From Camelus ferus (Eukaryota): 64,000 nt of DNA. The notes beneath the pieces were generated by a model. The model saw only the letters and a program-made list of their open reading frames with translations. It ran no database searches and was not told the DNA's origin. Below are positions 28,495 to 41,635 of this stretch, piece after piece. Made by a program: the position numbers and the translations under genes. Numbering within the stretch: the stretch's first letter is position 1; each line of letters begins with the position of its first letter. The stretch covers positions 36,148,001 to 36,212,000 of the forward strand of contig NC_045696.1 of assembly GCF_009834535.1 (NCBI RefSeq), written 5' to 3'.

Positions 28495-28912
28495 GCTAGA
28501 TTAGAGATTATCATACTAACTGAAGACAGACAGACAAAGACAAATATCATTTGATATCACTTATATGTGTAATCTAAAAAAAAAGATACAACTGAACTTA
28601 TATACAAAACATAAATAGACTCAAAGACATAGAAAACAAACCTATGGTCACCAAAAGGGAAAGTGGGGAGGGATAAATAAGGATAATGGGATTAACAGAT
28701 ACACACCACTATATATATATTAAATAAATAAACAACAAGGATTTACTGTATAAAACAGGGAACTATATTCAATATATTGTGATAACCTATAATGGAAAAG
28801 AATCTGAAAAAGAACAGATTTATGTAAAACTAAATCACTTTGCTGTACACCTGAAACTAACACAGCATAGTAAATTAATTATACTTCCATTCTTTTTAAT
28901 GGTTAAAAAAAA
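28495..28912 (+). mobile_element. L1 3' end
   Basis: agagattatcatactaa...aaagacaaatatc...tttgctgtacacctgaaactaacacagc and A tail. Confidence 0.85.
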
Positions 28913-29569
28913 GACCTATCAACTATTCAAAATTGTGTTCTTATGTAATTATTTCCAAAATCACAAGTTACAATTAAAATGATCATTTATAACCATAGTG
29001 CCTTTTTATCTCACTGAAAAAGAATCTGGGGACATGAATGGACAAATTCAAGTGCACATATGGGGCAAATCAGAGCAATTTAAACTGGAAATATTAAACA
29101 CACAGCATGACATTGTACTTTTCTCACTTACATCATTTGCATCTGTTTTCAAAAGTACAAAATCAAATGTTAGCTCCAACTCTCCTCTAGTTAATTTTCA
29201 ATATCATCTCTAACGCTGATGGATGGGTATAATTATTCCAATCATGGTCACAGTGAGGTTATTTTAATGAATTTATATTTTACAAGTTAAAATTTTTCTT
29301 GCAAGGTCAGAACATGGAACTCAAAAACACAAATTGGTAAAGGGTTGCTTCTGGATTTGAATATGAAAGGTCTTCTTATAAAGCCTTTTAAATTCTTTTC
29401 AAGAAATATACAAAAACTTAAATACAGCAAAAACCACAGAGTAATGCGATTCTCTTAGTGACTTCTCTCACTTTAGAAAGTTATTAAATGAGCTGGTAAA
29501 ATTTTGGCCTGTAATTAATAGTTTAAAATGAAAGAAATGGAGTCATTTCATTTAAACTCCATTATCTTT

Positions 29570-29727
29570 GTTTTTTCTTTATTTTACTTTTTGTTTTAAT
29601 TGATTTTTTTTGTCAGCGGGGAGGGGGTAATTAGGTTTACTTATATGTTATGGAGGTACTTGGGGTTGAACCCAGGACATTGTACATGCTAGGCATGTAC
29701 TCTACCATGAGAGCTATACCTTCCCCC
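29570..29727 (-). mobile_element. tRNA-derived SINE (Vic-1-like, camelid)
   Basis: Reverse-complement homologue of the 31834 SINE; TSD actccattatcttt / acttcattgtcttt. Confidence 0.85.
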
Positions 29728-29874
29728 ACTTCATTGTCTTTATATATGGTTTTAAGAAATGTCAACTACTTTCAAACATACATCAGATTATAAAATTTAA
29801 ATACACCACTCAACTTTGTAGGATAAAATCCTAATTTACTTTATTCTGTTACCGTCTCTATAACACCAACCACA

Positions 29875-29992
29875 GCAGGTGAGGGAGATTAAGAGGGAAA
29901 AAACTTCCAGTTGCAAAATTAGTGAGTCATGAGTGTGAAATGCACAGTGTGAAAAATATAGTCAATAACTATATAATATCTCTGTGTGGTTT
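29875..29992 (+). mobile_element. Older L1 3'UTR fragment
   Basis: aaacttccagttgcaaaattagtgagtcatgag...aatatagtcaataac. Confidence 0.6.
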
Positions 29993-30963
29993 TGTATTTT
30001 TAAAAAGCACCAATTATTAAATTTAAAAAACATAAAAACTATCAACAGATATAAAATCGAAAAGGACATAACTATAAATCTAAATTTTTGGCCTTAAGCT
30101 GTCATTAATTGTAGAATTTCCTTCAATTTGACATAATGTCTTTCTACAACACAGTCATGAGTTTATAATAGTTCATATAAAATGTTTGTTCTGATGAAAT
30201 TTAGTAGAAAAGAAGAGTATCTGCATATGAGAGAGAAGGGGGAAAAATGGCATAGTAAGTAAATGTCCTAATGAAGAAAGAAAAAAATGTATTGAGTAGA
30301 GATGGAGATTATCTAACCCAAAGATAAGATTAGCACTATTATTTTGGTTATGGGTGTCTATTATGCAAAACAAAGCAAACCCAGTAAACTGACATAATAA
30401 AACAAGTAGAAAGCCTAGAGAAATCTTGACACTCTTAAAGGACTTAATAATTAAGGAAGGTGAGACCACAATTAAGACCAGTCCACAAGTTAGTTACTTA
30501 ATTGCCTGCCAATCCCACAAAAATTTTAATTCAGCCACCACAGGTTTGATACAACACGAGTGTCAGGGGCAGTTGCTGATGGTAGGGCTGCAAATCAAAA
30601 GTCTCCTGAATCTTCAGCCCTCGTGAAGGAGATGAACAGCTTCCAGTCAATATGGCTATGGGGTAACATCAAGGAAGGACCATTGTTCAGCTTTATAGAT
30701 ACATGCCTGTTGTCTTAAGGACAAGGAAGAATGGAGGCAATCATTAGTCAACATTATTTTGACTGCAAGTAACTGAAACTCATTTGAGATGACTGAAGCA
30801 AAGAAGGGTATCCGTTTTATGGATGTAAGTGTATAGTGCTATTCAAAGAGTGATCCAAAGACCTAGGTGGGATTAGTTACAGAAATTGAGAGGAAGCACT
30901 TAGAAAGCTGTGCAGCATTTGATAGGAGAGTACTTTTTTGTCTACTGAGTCTTTAATAAAATC

Positions 30964-31052
30964 TGTATTAGTTTTTTGTGGCCACTGTAACAAATTAGCA
31001 TAAACTTGGTGGCTTAAAGCAACAGAGATTTAGTCTCTCCTAGTTCTGGAGA
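30964..31052 (-). mobile_element. MLT1 (MaLR) LTR 3' end fragment
   Basis: tgtattagtt...tgtaacaaattagcataaacttggtggcttaaagcaacagag. Confidence 0.75.
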
Positions 31053-31054
31053 CC

Positions 31055-31482
31055 ACTCCAGCCATCCTCTTTAAAAGGCCTTGAGCTCGTGAGGCATCTT
31101 TGCCAGCATAAGCAGAGAGCCGAAAGTGCTGGACAGTTTACAGCCACTACCGCCCCCCAGGATGGCTGCAAGCCAATGACTGATGGGTGAGCAACTTTGC
31201 CTTATGTCAGGACAAATAGTGCATTGTAACTTACATTCCAAAGTTCCCCTGCTGGATCAGGCTGTCACCACCCTTGCTTGAAATAGCACCCTTGCTGCTT
31301 ACCTTCCCTCTCTTGCTTCCCTCACTCCCTTACCAGTTTATCTGGGGGCACTTCCTTAATAAATTACTTGCATATGAATCCCCTGCTTCATGTCTCCTTA
31401 TAGTCAAGAAACTGACCTATCACGGGGTATTTCACAGATAACTTATTTTATCCCCTTAGACTGGTGAACCCAACCTAAGACA
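31055..31482 (+). mobile_element. LTR16-type (ERVL) LTR
   Basis: agccaatgactgatggg, aataaattacttgcatatgaatcc, terminal gaacccaacctaagaca. Confidence 0.7.
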
Positions 31483-31833
31483 AAAGCTATCTCATACAAA
31501 GGATGATACGAGCATCTTTAATGAGGACTGAAGAACCAGAACCAGATCATCCAGCTTGCTTTCTGGGCCTCTGGAGCCTCGTGAACTATTCCCTGTGCTT
31601 CTCTCTGCATGTCTACTTTATTTTTATCTCTGCACACATCCATCTCTCCTTTACTGTACATGACCATAGCTTTCCATCTAACTTTTTGCTCTCCATTTAT
31701 AATTTACTTTCATGTAATAAAGTAAATTTCCACAATTTATTCATAAAGTTCCCAATATTTTATATTAAAAAGTTTATTTCAATGATCATGACACAGCTCT
31801 AAAGATTATAAAACTATAGTGTTAAGCCAGATT

Positions 31834-31993
31834 GGGGGGCAGGGTATAGCTCAGTGGTAGAGCATTTGCTTTGCACACACGAGGTCCTGGGTTCAATCCC
31901 CAGTGCCTCCATTAAAAAACAAACAAATATATAAATAAACCTAATTACCTCTCCCCTCAAAAAAAAAAAAAAAAAAAAAACCAAACGAACAAA
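31834..31993 (+). mobile_element. tRNA-derived SINE (Vic-1-like, camelid)
   Basis: A box tagctcagtgg, B box ggttcaatccc, tail aaacctaattacctctcccc, poly(A); TSD about agtgttaagccagatt / agtcataagccagact. Confidence 0.9.
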
Positions 31994-32389
31994 AGTCATA
32001 AGCCAGACTGATTACTTCTCAGTCCCATTCAAGTGTAGAATACAAGTGGAACTGATTAATCTAGCTTATACTGTGAGAAAGTGGTAATGATGTTGGGTAG
32101 GATCAGTAGAGTTGTATAGTATACAAATGACTGCCAAGTCCCACCCCTGTTGGAAGATTTTTCTCTCTTAAGCAAAGAGACACATGGTATGGACAGAAAC
32201 CACCCACGTCCAGGCTGCAGGGTACATTGGGAGGGAAACACGAGGAGCCTCATTCTCAGAACTTGGAGAACAAACTGAGGGAAACCTTGACTAGCAGGGA
32301 AGCATATCTTGAAACAGTAATGTATTTGTCTTAGATTAAATAAATTAAATCCTAATTCAGTATAATGTGTCTGAGACATAATTAAGTTC

Positions 32390-33100
32390 TTGTTCATTCA
32401 ACACACACACACATGTATATATGGGGTAGGGGAACATTCTTTAGGAACTGGAGATCAAAGATGAGGAAAAAAAGATACCATTTTTGCTTTAATGTTATAC
32501 ATTATTTAGAAGGGTAGATGGATATTAATAAACAATTAATCATTACAAATAGAGAAGGCTATGGTGCTAGAGTAGATAATAAGGGAAATTGATCTGTCAC
32601 GGGACAGGAAGGGCCTCCCTGAATAAGTGATGATTAAACTGAGATGTGATGGCAGAGTCAGGGTGAGCTAAATAAACTGAAAGGAGGGGCTGGTGGAGTT
32701 CTAGGGTGAAGGAATAACATGGGCCAAAGTCCTCTGAATAGTCATTCAAGAGACCGAGTAAAGCCCTGAGTGACTTGAGAGCAAAGTGACTTGGGGGTGT
32801 GGCAAGTATGAGACCAGTCTGGTAATGTAGGCCAGACCGTGCAGAAAGTAGAATGTTAAGCTGAGAATGTTCATCTTCATCTAGGAACCTTGGAAGCCAC
32901 TGAAGAGATTTCAACCAGAGAGTGGTGACTAGACCACTGAGGAGAATCGATAAAAAGCAGCAAACATGTGAATAATGAACAACTAGACAGCGAATGACTG
33001 TAGCCATAATAAGTGCAGAGTGACTGTGGCCAGAAGCAGTGGTGCTGAAGATGGACAGAAATAAATACTTTTGAGAAATATTTGGGCACTAATATCAACA
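32390..33100 (-). mobile_element. L2
   Basis: ggaagggcctccctgaataagtgatg, ggaagccactgaagagatttcaacc, agtggtgctgaagatggacagaa. Confidence 0.7.
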
Positions 33101-33399
33101 AAAATATACTAAAGCAGAAAAATGTTTGGTCCGAATACAGATAGAATGAATCATTCTTTCTAGAGTAAAACAGAGAGTCTTCACAGAAATAGCATTAAGT
33201 ATAGACTTGAACAATGAATTAAAGTTTGACAAGGGCAAGTGAAGGTTATGCAGAGAAAACAGCATGATCAAATCAGCAGACACTTAAAATGAAGATTCTT
33301 GAGAGTAGACACTTTTTTTGATGCTTTTTTTTTTTCTTTCAGTCCTCAGGAGTTATCATAATGCTTGCCCTACACTAGTTCAATAAATGAATGTGTTCA

Positions 33400-34206
33400 T
33401 CAAAAAGTGCACAAACAATAAACGCTGAAGAGGGTGTGGAGAAAAGGGATCCCTCCTACACTGCTGAAGGGAATGTAGTTTGGTGTAGCCACTATAGAGA
33501 ACAGTATGGAGATTCCTCAAAAAGCTAAAAGTAGACTTAACATATGATCCAGGAATCCCACTCCTGGACATATATCTGGAGGGGATTCAAATTTGAAAAG
33601 ATACAGGTACCCCAATGTTCATAGCAGCACTATTTACAATAGCCAAAACATGGAAACAAGGTAAATGTCCATTGACAGATGACTGGATAAAGAAGCTGTG
33701 GTATATTTATACAATGGAATACTACTCAGCCATAAAAAATAATAAAATAATGCCATTTGCAGCAACATGGATGGACCTGGAGATTGTCATTCTAAGTGAA
33801 GTAAGCCAGAAAGAGAAGGAAGAATACCATAAGATACCACTCATATGTGGAATCTTAAAAAAAAATAAAAAGGACACAAATGAACTTATTTACAAAACAG
33901 AAACAGACTCACAGACATAGAAAACAAACTTATGGTTACCCAGGGGGAAAGGGTGGGGGAAGGGATAAATTGGGAGTTCGAGATTTGCAGATACTAACTA
34001 CTATACATAAAATTGATAAACAAGTTTCTTCTGTGTATCGCAAGGAACCATATTCAATACCTTGTAATAACCTATAATGAAAAAGAATATGAAAATGAAT
34101 ATATGTATGTATATATATATATATGACTGAAGTATTGTGCTGTACACCAGAAATTGACACAACATTGTAAACTGACTATACTTCAATAAAAAAAAGAACA
34201 CAGTAA
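33400..34206 (+). mobile_element. 5'-truncated L1 (ORF2 C-terminus and 3'UTR)
   Basis: ORF2 peptide [15 protein letters not shown]...[12 protein letters not shown]; perfect 18-bp TSD aataaatgaatgtgttca at 33382-33399 and 34207-34224. Confidence 0.95.
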
Positions 34207-34289
34207 AATAAATGAATGTGTTCAGAAAATAAGTGCATCCAGGGTAGCTGAACTGTGGACTGCATGGAAGAAATTCAAGATAGAGAATG

Positions 34290-34860
34290 ACCATGGAAAC
34301 AAAGACAAGAAGATGAGTTTGAACCTCCTCCTCTAGGCAGTAGACACTGTTCTGAGGCACAGAAATAACTTGATGGAACTTTGTTTTCAAAATATAAATA
34401 TTAACAAGAAAATAGGATGAATACAAGGCTATTAGGAAGTTGAGGCAAAAAGACATTTGAGAGGCAAGTGCATAACCCGGGTGAGACAGAATGTGAGCCT
34501 AGGGCAGGAGCACAGTGGTGGTAGATGAGAAGAGGTAACAAATCCCAAGCACATTTTAGTGATACAATTGACGAGACGTGGTAACCAAATGAATATGTGG
34601 GAGGGAAACAAGGGGAGAAAGAAGCATGAGATCACAGATGAGTGAGGTTTTTAGAGAAAGTGCCTAAGTAAATGATGATCCTTTTATTTAAGATAAAGAA
34701 CACAAGAGGAACAATAGACTTGCAGGGGTTAATAAAAGTGCAGTTTGGGGCTCTATTAATTTTGCAATGCCAGGTGTGTGTTGGAGATATTCTAGAATTA
34801 CAGAATGAAAGCCCAATAGAAATCAGGGCCAGAGATAAACTTTTAGAAGCCATGTTCAAA
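34290..34860 (-). mobile_element. L2 (degraded)
   Basis: Purine-rich L2 antisense pattern (cagtggtggtagatgagaagagg...cagggccagagataaacttttag). Confidence 0.5.
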
Positions 34861-35244
34861 GAGTTCAAACTCTCCAAACGGAATATGCACAAAACAGCTG
34901 AACTCAGCAGTGCAGCAATTTACAAGAAGTCACAGGAATAAGGGCTGTTCTCTTGGAGCATCCATTTTACTCTATGGCAAAGAATTTCAAGCATTTGCTG
35001 TGAAAAACAATTTAAAATTAACCTCACAGTAGGTAATTCTTGCTGAAAAATTCAGTTTCCAGGAAGAGGTTAAGGAAATGATTCCTAGAATACGAGAAAC
35101 AAAAAATCATTAGGGAAAAAAGAATCCAAGGCAAATGGAAAAGTACCACATGGTGGGTTAACTGACAAATTTTATGAACAGGAATGGCTAATTTCAATTT
35201 GTGGTTGCTTCTTTTATGGTACACTTAATTGACATCTGGTACAT

Positions 35245-35758
35245 TGAAGAGGTTCAAAATGAGCCTCCCCAAAATGTGCCCCAAAACTTTTTCAAGAGGA
35301 TTATTTTAAGTTAAAGGCTTTGAGATCCTCCAGATTCAACAGAAACTTCTGTCCCTTCTTTAATTACATAGGAGAATTTAAATTGGTCTTTCCCAGAATA
35401 AAAGTTATGATAAGATGTAAGTTTTATCCAGGTGACCCACATGCATGGCAGGGCAAACATCTAACTATCCCACATCTGCTCTTCTTCTTACCGTCCTGTG
35501 AATGACCCACCTGTCCTTAGAAGCCCCAGACCGCATCCAGTTTCTTAGCTCAGAACAGCATACAGACCTCATTTTCCTTTCTGTCTTTGAACCTCTCATA
35601 TACATGGGGTGTCTGACCTTCCCATGTATGTGAGATTCCCATACATACAAAATTAAATTTTACGTTTTCTGTTATTACTTCTCGCATTAATTTAATTCTT
35701 AGACCAGCCAGAAGGACTTTAAAAGGGTCGAGGAAAGGCTTTTTTTCCCTCCCCCACA
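35245..35758 (+). mobile_element. ERV1 solo LTR (MER39/MER34-like)
   Basis: Starts tgaagaggttcaaaatgagcctccccaaaatgtgcc and ends aatttaattcttagaccagcc...ttccctcccccaca (TG...CA termini). Confidence 0.75.
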
Positions 35759-36289
35759 GTATCAAACCTTTAGTAAGTCTGTGACACATTGTACCAGCTA
35801 CGTTCAGGAAAATGTGGAGAAAGGAGTTCATCTTCTATATCTGGGCTGATACTGTCCTTACAGATACCAGAATGATAGTGAAATAGTATATAAAATAAAC
35901 TACACCAGAAGCAGCAGGAACTCAAAGTAAGAGGTGGCTAAGGGAAACATAAATGCCCTCCCTGCCACCCCTACACACCACATCCCAGAGAGATGGCATC
36001 AGACCCATAGTATATGGGATGAGTTTCAAGCAAAAACAATAATAATAATTCCCAAAGACAGACCACCTCATTTGACATCTTAGTTACACTTTTTATAAAT
36101 TAAGCAATGGTGGGTATAATGTTGATCAGAATATAATATCTACCTGAGCTAAGAAAAAACTCAGAAATTCAAAGTGGTTTTGTGCTTAGGGTGAACAGCC
36201 TCAGGTAGTACTTCCAAACCCCTGAAAGACACAAATTCACTCTCATAGCTGCTTTTCCAGTTTGCAAAGCAACTAAAATAGAAGGCAGG

Positions 36290-37080
36290 AGATGCAACGA
36301 GAAATTATGAAATCAACCATGGAAGTGTATAAAGTGAATAGAAAGCCAAAGACCAGATTTGGAAAAATTCACATTTAAAGGAAGACTTTACCAGACTTGC
36401 CAAAAAAGAAAAAAAAAAATTCAGACAAGCTGGAAAAGAATCAGGAGAGAGACATGGCACCAAAGCTAAAACCTAAGAGTGTTTCAGATCAAACAGAAGC
36501 CCCTCGTCAACAGGGTCAAATTTGGACAAAACATCTTTGAGAATTCTAATGAAGACGTTCACTTTGGCAAATGGGAGATCAATGATGACTCGCACAAGAA
36601 CAGTTTTAACAGAATAGCTGAGTTGGGCAGTGAGTTACCTTGTAAATAGAAGTTGTTTTTGTTTTCGTTTTCGTTTTTTTAATGAGCAAGAGAAGATGGA
36701 TTACTCTCTTGAGAAGTTTAGCAGTGATGAAAGGAAGGAGAAAAACAGGTAGCAGCTGAGAGATAAGAATTGACCAAAAGCCTGTTTCAGAATGGAGAAG
36801 TCATGAATAAGCTTGTAGACCAAGGAAAATAGACAGAAGAAAATACTGATTAAGAATGCAAGGAGGCAGGGTATTTGGTGGCACAGGGTGCCCACAAAGT
36901 GGAGGGAACAGGACAGGAGTGCATTGGGCAGGATAAATCCTGGGCAGGAGAAACACTGCTTTCCCTCCGCATCGGGGAGGAAGGGAGGAAAGAGGGTGGA
37001 AAGCTAAGCAGTCTGAGAAAAGACTGTGGGGTCTCTGTCTTCTCAGGGAATTTAGACGTTAGGTAATCTGGAGAAGGCTG
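36290..37080 (-). mobile_element. L2 (degraded)
   Basis: aagaatcaggagagagacatggcacc...gggagatcaatgatgact...agaacagtttt. Confidence 0.45.
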
Positions 37081-37149
37081 AAGGCACAGGGTTGAGCTCA
37101 GGCATGAAGAGATAATAAAAGTTCGTTAAATTTATGAAAAGGGGGGTAA

Positions 37150-37259
37150 ACTGGAGAGAAGTAAAATAATTAGTACATTGTGAATGCACTAGAGGCCACT
37201 GAATGACTTTAAAATAGCTAATTATATGTTGTGTGAATTTTACTTCATTAAAAAAAAAA
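37150..37259 (+). mobile_element. Old L1 3' terminal fragment
   Basis: acattgtgaatgcactagaggccactgaatgactttaaaatagctaattatatgttgtgtgaattttacttcatt followed by poly(A). Confidence 0.7.
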
Positions 37260-38287
37260 GTCGTGAGTGCAAGTGAGAGCCTGAAAGCAGTCAGGGTTAA
37301 TATGCGACAATAGGAAGGGAGAGGGGTGGGATGCTCAGTCATGATATGTTCTGGCAAACGTGCTAAGGTTCTGTTTTGACTTACTGACCTGACACAAAAT
37401 TAAGATTGAAATATGAGTTTATCTTCAAAGACAGAAACAGAGAAAAAGCAGTATCCTAGGCAAAAAATAGAAAATATTCAAAAGGAAAAAATGTAGTTGG
37501 ATGTTGGGCTTTTAAGTCAGGAGGGGAACAAATAAGTCTGTTAAATGTAAATAATTGGGGGTTTTTTTCTTTGTGACTGAGTAGAATTCATTTGAGTTAT
37601 TCCCAGGGATGTCAAAGCAATGATGAAAACATTCCTTTTGTAAGAGTATTTGAAAAATAATGACATGCTCAGGTTGATATAAAAGTTGAGGATTTCCTTG
37701 GAGACAGTTTTGGCAAGATTTGTGGATGTGGGCTGTTCTACAGTAATATGAGTCATGTGTTTTGCCTGAAACATAAAATTCCAAGAATGAAAAGGAAAAC
37801 AAGGTGCATCTTTGCATGTCAATATCCTCCTTATATGGTAATAGCTCTTTAGAGTGTAACTCCTTTTACCCTAAATCGTCTTGTGCACTTGCGTAAGAAT
37901 GGTGCTTTCTTGCTTCTTTATGGACAAAACACAAACACAGACGCCTTCAATGATTCCCTTTATCTCCTGCAAATGCTCTGCTATAAACACTCAGCTCCAA
38001 AAAACTTCATTGTAGGGTATTTTCTCTTCAAGACAAGATGATGATGAAGCATAATATAGCTCATCTCAGCATGCTAAGAAAGTGCTTACTAAAACACACA
38101 GCCCGTTCTTTGTTTACCTAATTCCTTGTTCTCCCTTTAAATCTCACCGGTGCCATGATTTTAATGAGCCTAGCTTTTTCAAGTATCCATGGGGTCACTG
38201 GTATTTTAGGAGGCACATGCTCCCTGTACATAAATGTTTGCAACCTAGCTGGAAAGGCAGTAAAGCAAGTACATATAAACAACAGAA

Positions 38288-38677
38288 TTTCTTTATTTAT
38301 TCAACAAATATGTATTGCTTATCAAATACTAGGCACTGGAGTACAGGTAATGTCCCTCCTTTCATAAAAATTATGGTATATGGAAGAACATTTTGTAAAT
38401 AAACAGTATACATGAAAATGTATGCAAATATGGGTAAGTGCTACAAGGGAGAATGGATAGACTGATTTGGAAAAGTCTGAATAAAAGTGGGGAGGACTAT
38501 TTTAGTGAAATGAAAAACATAAGCCAAAGCAAACCAATGAGACAAATGGATTAAATGGCACCTGTGAGGGGCCATGGAGTAAATGACCTGATGAGGTAGA
38601 GATGATATCTGAGGCCACAGGAGGGGAAAAGATAATGAAGGACCTTGGGAAGCCTCCAGAGAACTCCAACATAAAGG
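38288..38677 (-). mobile_element. L2 3' end (continues after the LTR at about 39906-40060)
   Basis: tttatttattcaacaaatatgtattg...caaatactaggcactggagtacagg. Confidence 0.65.
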
Positions 38678-38681
38678 CAAT

Positions 38682-39901
38682 TGAGACAGGAAGGGGGCAG
38701 GGCACAGCCACTTAAGGATTAACACAGCAATTAACACCAGAAGAGAAAGATTCAACCCCAAAGAGGCCTTAAGGCTCAAGACAGTGGGAGATTTGACTTC
38801 CTTGAGCTTCATTATACACCCATTGTAATGTATTAACATGGTAAATAACATGCCCACAGGCACCATGGCAGTCCCAAGGCTAGCCACAAAAGGTCAAAGA
38901 GTGGGAAATGGCCAGCTTCCTGGGAATCCCAGCTCCTTCCCCACGGTAGTTAGACTGGTCCTTCCACTTATTAGCATATGAAGCCACTGAGCTCATAAAA
39001 ACTGGTAACATGGCGCCTCCTGGCCACCCACTGTCCCCTCCCCACCACCCCTTCGGAGACGGCCCGCACTCTGTCTATGGAGTGTGTACCTAGTTTTACT
39101 CTAATCTTGAAGGAGGATTAATAAAATGGCCACACTTAGGCTAACAGACTGCTTATTGTTATGCTTGCCCTTAAAACGGTCAACTGACCTGACTGACCAG
39201 TTGCTACTCACAGTTTCAGGCCCATAGTTAAAACTAAAGCTATTGATCTTACTGTTTCTATTTTATTCCAGTAATTGAAAGTAATAATCAAGCTTGGTCT
39301 CTGAGTCCTTCTCCAAGGAGAAGGTCACAGGACTGTAACCTTACAAAATAGCCTGAATTACCAAGAAGACCACACCTTGAGTGCTTACGAGATAAACAGT
39401 TCTAACTGTTAGCCTCTATAGAACTGGTAGCCTGGAGGCATCATGACGCCATTCTGTCTTCTGATGAGAAAATGATTCTGTTGATTGTTATCAATGCTTT
39501 ATTGTTTGAGCAATGGCTATATAATCACCCCACCCTATCCCCAAGGTGGGTTCACAGTTTTGAAGGCACCGCAGCCTGCTGTGAGTCCCCTTTGCCCGGC
39601 AAAGCAATAAAATTGCCTCTTTTCTTCTAAGCTCCAAGACCTAGTCTCTAGGTTATTTGGCTCATCAGGGACAGGGGCCGATCTTTCAGCAACAATCTGA
39701 GCACCCAACTCCCACACCTCGTGGCCTTTCTCTTGCCTCTGAATGTATCTCTAGATAAATCTACCTTTACTCAACTATGGCTTGCTCTTTAATTCTTTCC
39801 TGTGCAAAGCCAAGGACCCACACTTGGCAGGGCATGTCCCAGGCACTCAGCCAAGGCCTGGGACACGCCCTCCTCACACCCCACATCTTTTTCCTGCATC
39901 A
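38682..39901 (+). mobile_element. MER41-like ERV1 solo LTR (outer element, split by a nested LTR)
   Basis: Termini TGAGACAGGAA...TTCCTGCATCA; 4-bp TSD caat/ctat (one mismatch); MER41-type motifs acatgcccacaggcaccatggcagt, ttattagcatatg, actctgtctatggagt, aattctttcctgtgcaaagccaaggaccc. Confidence 0.8.
39108..39694 (+). mobile_element. Gammaretrovirus-like solo LTR nested in the MER41-like LTR
   Basis: TGAAGG...GCAACA termini; perfect TSD atct (39104-39107, 39695-39698); TATATAA 39518-39524; AATAAA 39606-39611. Confidence 0.9.
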
Positions 39902-41344
39902 CTATGAGGGAAAGATTTTGCAAGTGAAGAAGGTAGGAGTCAGGGAAAGGAACTGAGGACGTGTAGCAATTTGTCCCTCATTACGATGGGTTTTACTTGT
40001 GTACTAAACTGAAAGCATGAGATGAGAAAAAGTGGTTGCAAAGTGCTACTTTAAAGTCTGAGTTATCAAGAACAAAAGTGAAAAGCGTCTAATCATATTA
40101 TTAAATTTGGACAATTCATAATAAGTATTTCGTGCTTCTCTTCTTAGCCCTAAGATACACTTTATATGTGGTACATTTTATCATGCGATTAATAGAGCTA
40201 AATATTTCTTAAATTTGAACTATTACTGAATGGTCCCATGAACGAAGAGTAACAGAAAATCACTAGAATAATTTAGAAATATACATTCTTCTCCTGACTT
40301 AATCTCAACCTGGTCATGAGACCACTTCTCTAAGTCTAATAGCCTGATGTCTTCCAGTTTCTAGTCAGGCATGAAGGTAATAATAAAGTAGATAAAAAAT
40401 TGCTTTCAGAAAGACAGCTTTATTAATTATATAGATATTTTCCTTATTTGAGTTATTTAGCATCTCCCATTCTACCACCCAAAGAGGTCTTATATTTATT
40501 TTTAATAAAAGGGATTTTAAAAATTAAAAAAACAGAAGAACAAAGCATTGAATAATAACTGCCTATATAATTGACTAGATCATGGAAAAGAATTTTGTTT
40601 GAATAAATTTATGGTCTACAAATGAGGGCCAACTTGGAAATGAAATTCTAGAGTCTTTTCACTTTCTAAACCACACAATCAGCTATCTGAAAATTACATA
40701 GGAGAACTACAATATATCAGTGCTTTAAAGTAATTCCTGCAGGAAGCAACAAAGACATTTTAATGCTTTCAGAGGAAACGCATCAAAATGAATTATTCTA
40801 GTTAATTATTTCATAGGTTCCTTACCTTTCCCCTCACTTAATTTATAAGACAATCAAAATCTACTTCTTTTGTTAAATGAACGTTAAAATGAGTGCTTAG
40901 TGGGTTAGCATTTCTGGTTTTGCACCGTAATGAATCTGAATGTATGTTCTAGTGGTACTGGTGAAAATTGTTATGGTGTAAATATATAGCATAGAAATAT
41001 CTTCCAAGGTTTTCAAATTTTACCTTTTTTCTAAATCTGGCACTGTCAAGGGAACAGATTTGAGCCACTTTTGATCAGGTGGAAATTATAGTTCCAATTC
41101 TTCAGCACAAAAATGGAACCAGACAAAATAAAGCAGACTGTTACCATTTTTAAGACAGGCCTGGAATGTAACAATGAATAAAGTTGGATCTGTAGGAATC
41201 AGTCCTTTCAAACCTAGTTTTTGGACTTCCAGATGGCGAGTTTCTGATCCTACAAATTTGAAGACTTTCAACCATTGTAATGTCACTACTTTAATGAAAC
41301 CTATAAATATAGCCAAGCTTCCTCTAATAAATAACAATGATAAA

Positions 41345-41570
41345 AATAACAATAATAACAAACACTTATATATCCCTTACTATGGGCAACTTAGTTTTCA
41401 CACCAACCCAATAAGCAAGGCACTATTATCATCCCATTGTATGGTGAGGAAACAGAGAGAGAGAGAGAAAGTAACTCGCCCAAGTTCACACAGCTAGTGA
41501 GTGATAGAACTGGCATTTAAACCAAATAGCGAACTCCAGAATTCATGCTCATAATAATAACATGATATTC
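41345..41570 (-). mobile_element. MIR SINE
   Basis: attatcatcccattgtatggtgaggaaacagag...gtaactcgcccaagttcacacagctagtgagtg. Confidence 0.8.
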
Positions 41571-41635
41571 CTCTCAATCTCCTTACTCTCTCAAATTTTA
41601 ACACCAATTAATATAAATTTCAGACATACAGTAAA

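Noticed and set aside
31834..31910. tRNA gene
   Set aside because: tRNA-like head is followed by a SINE tail, poly(A) and TSD; a second diverged copy is in the window
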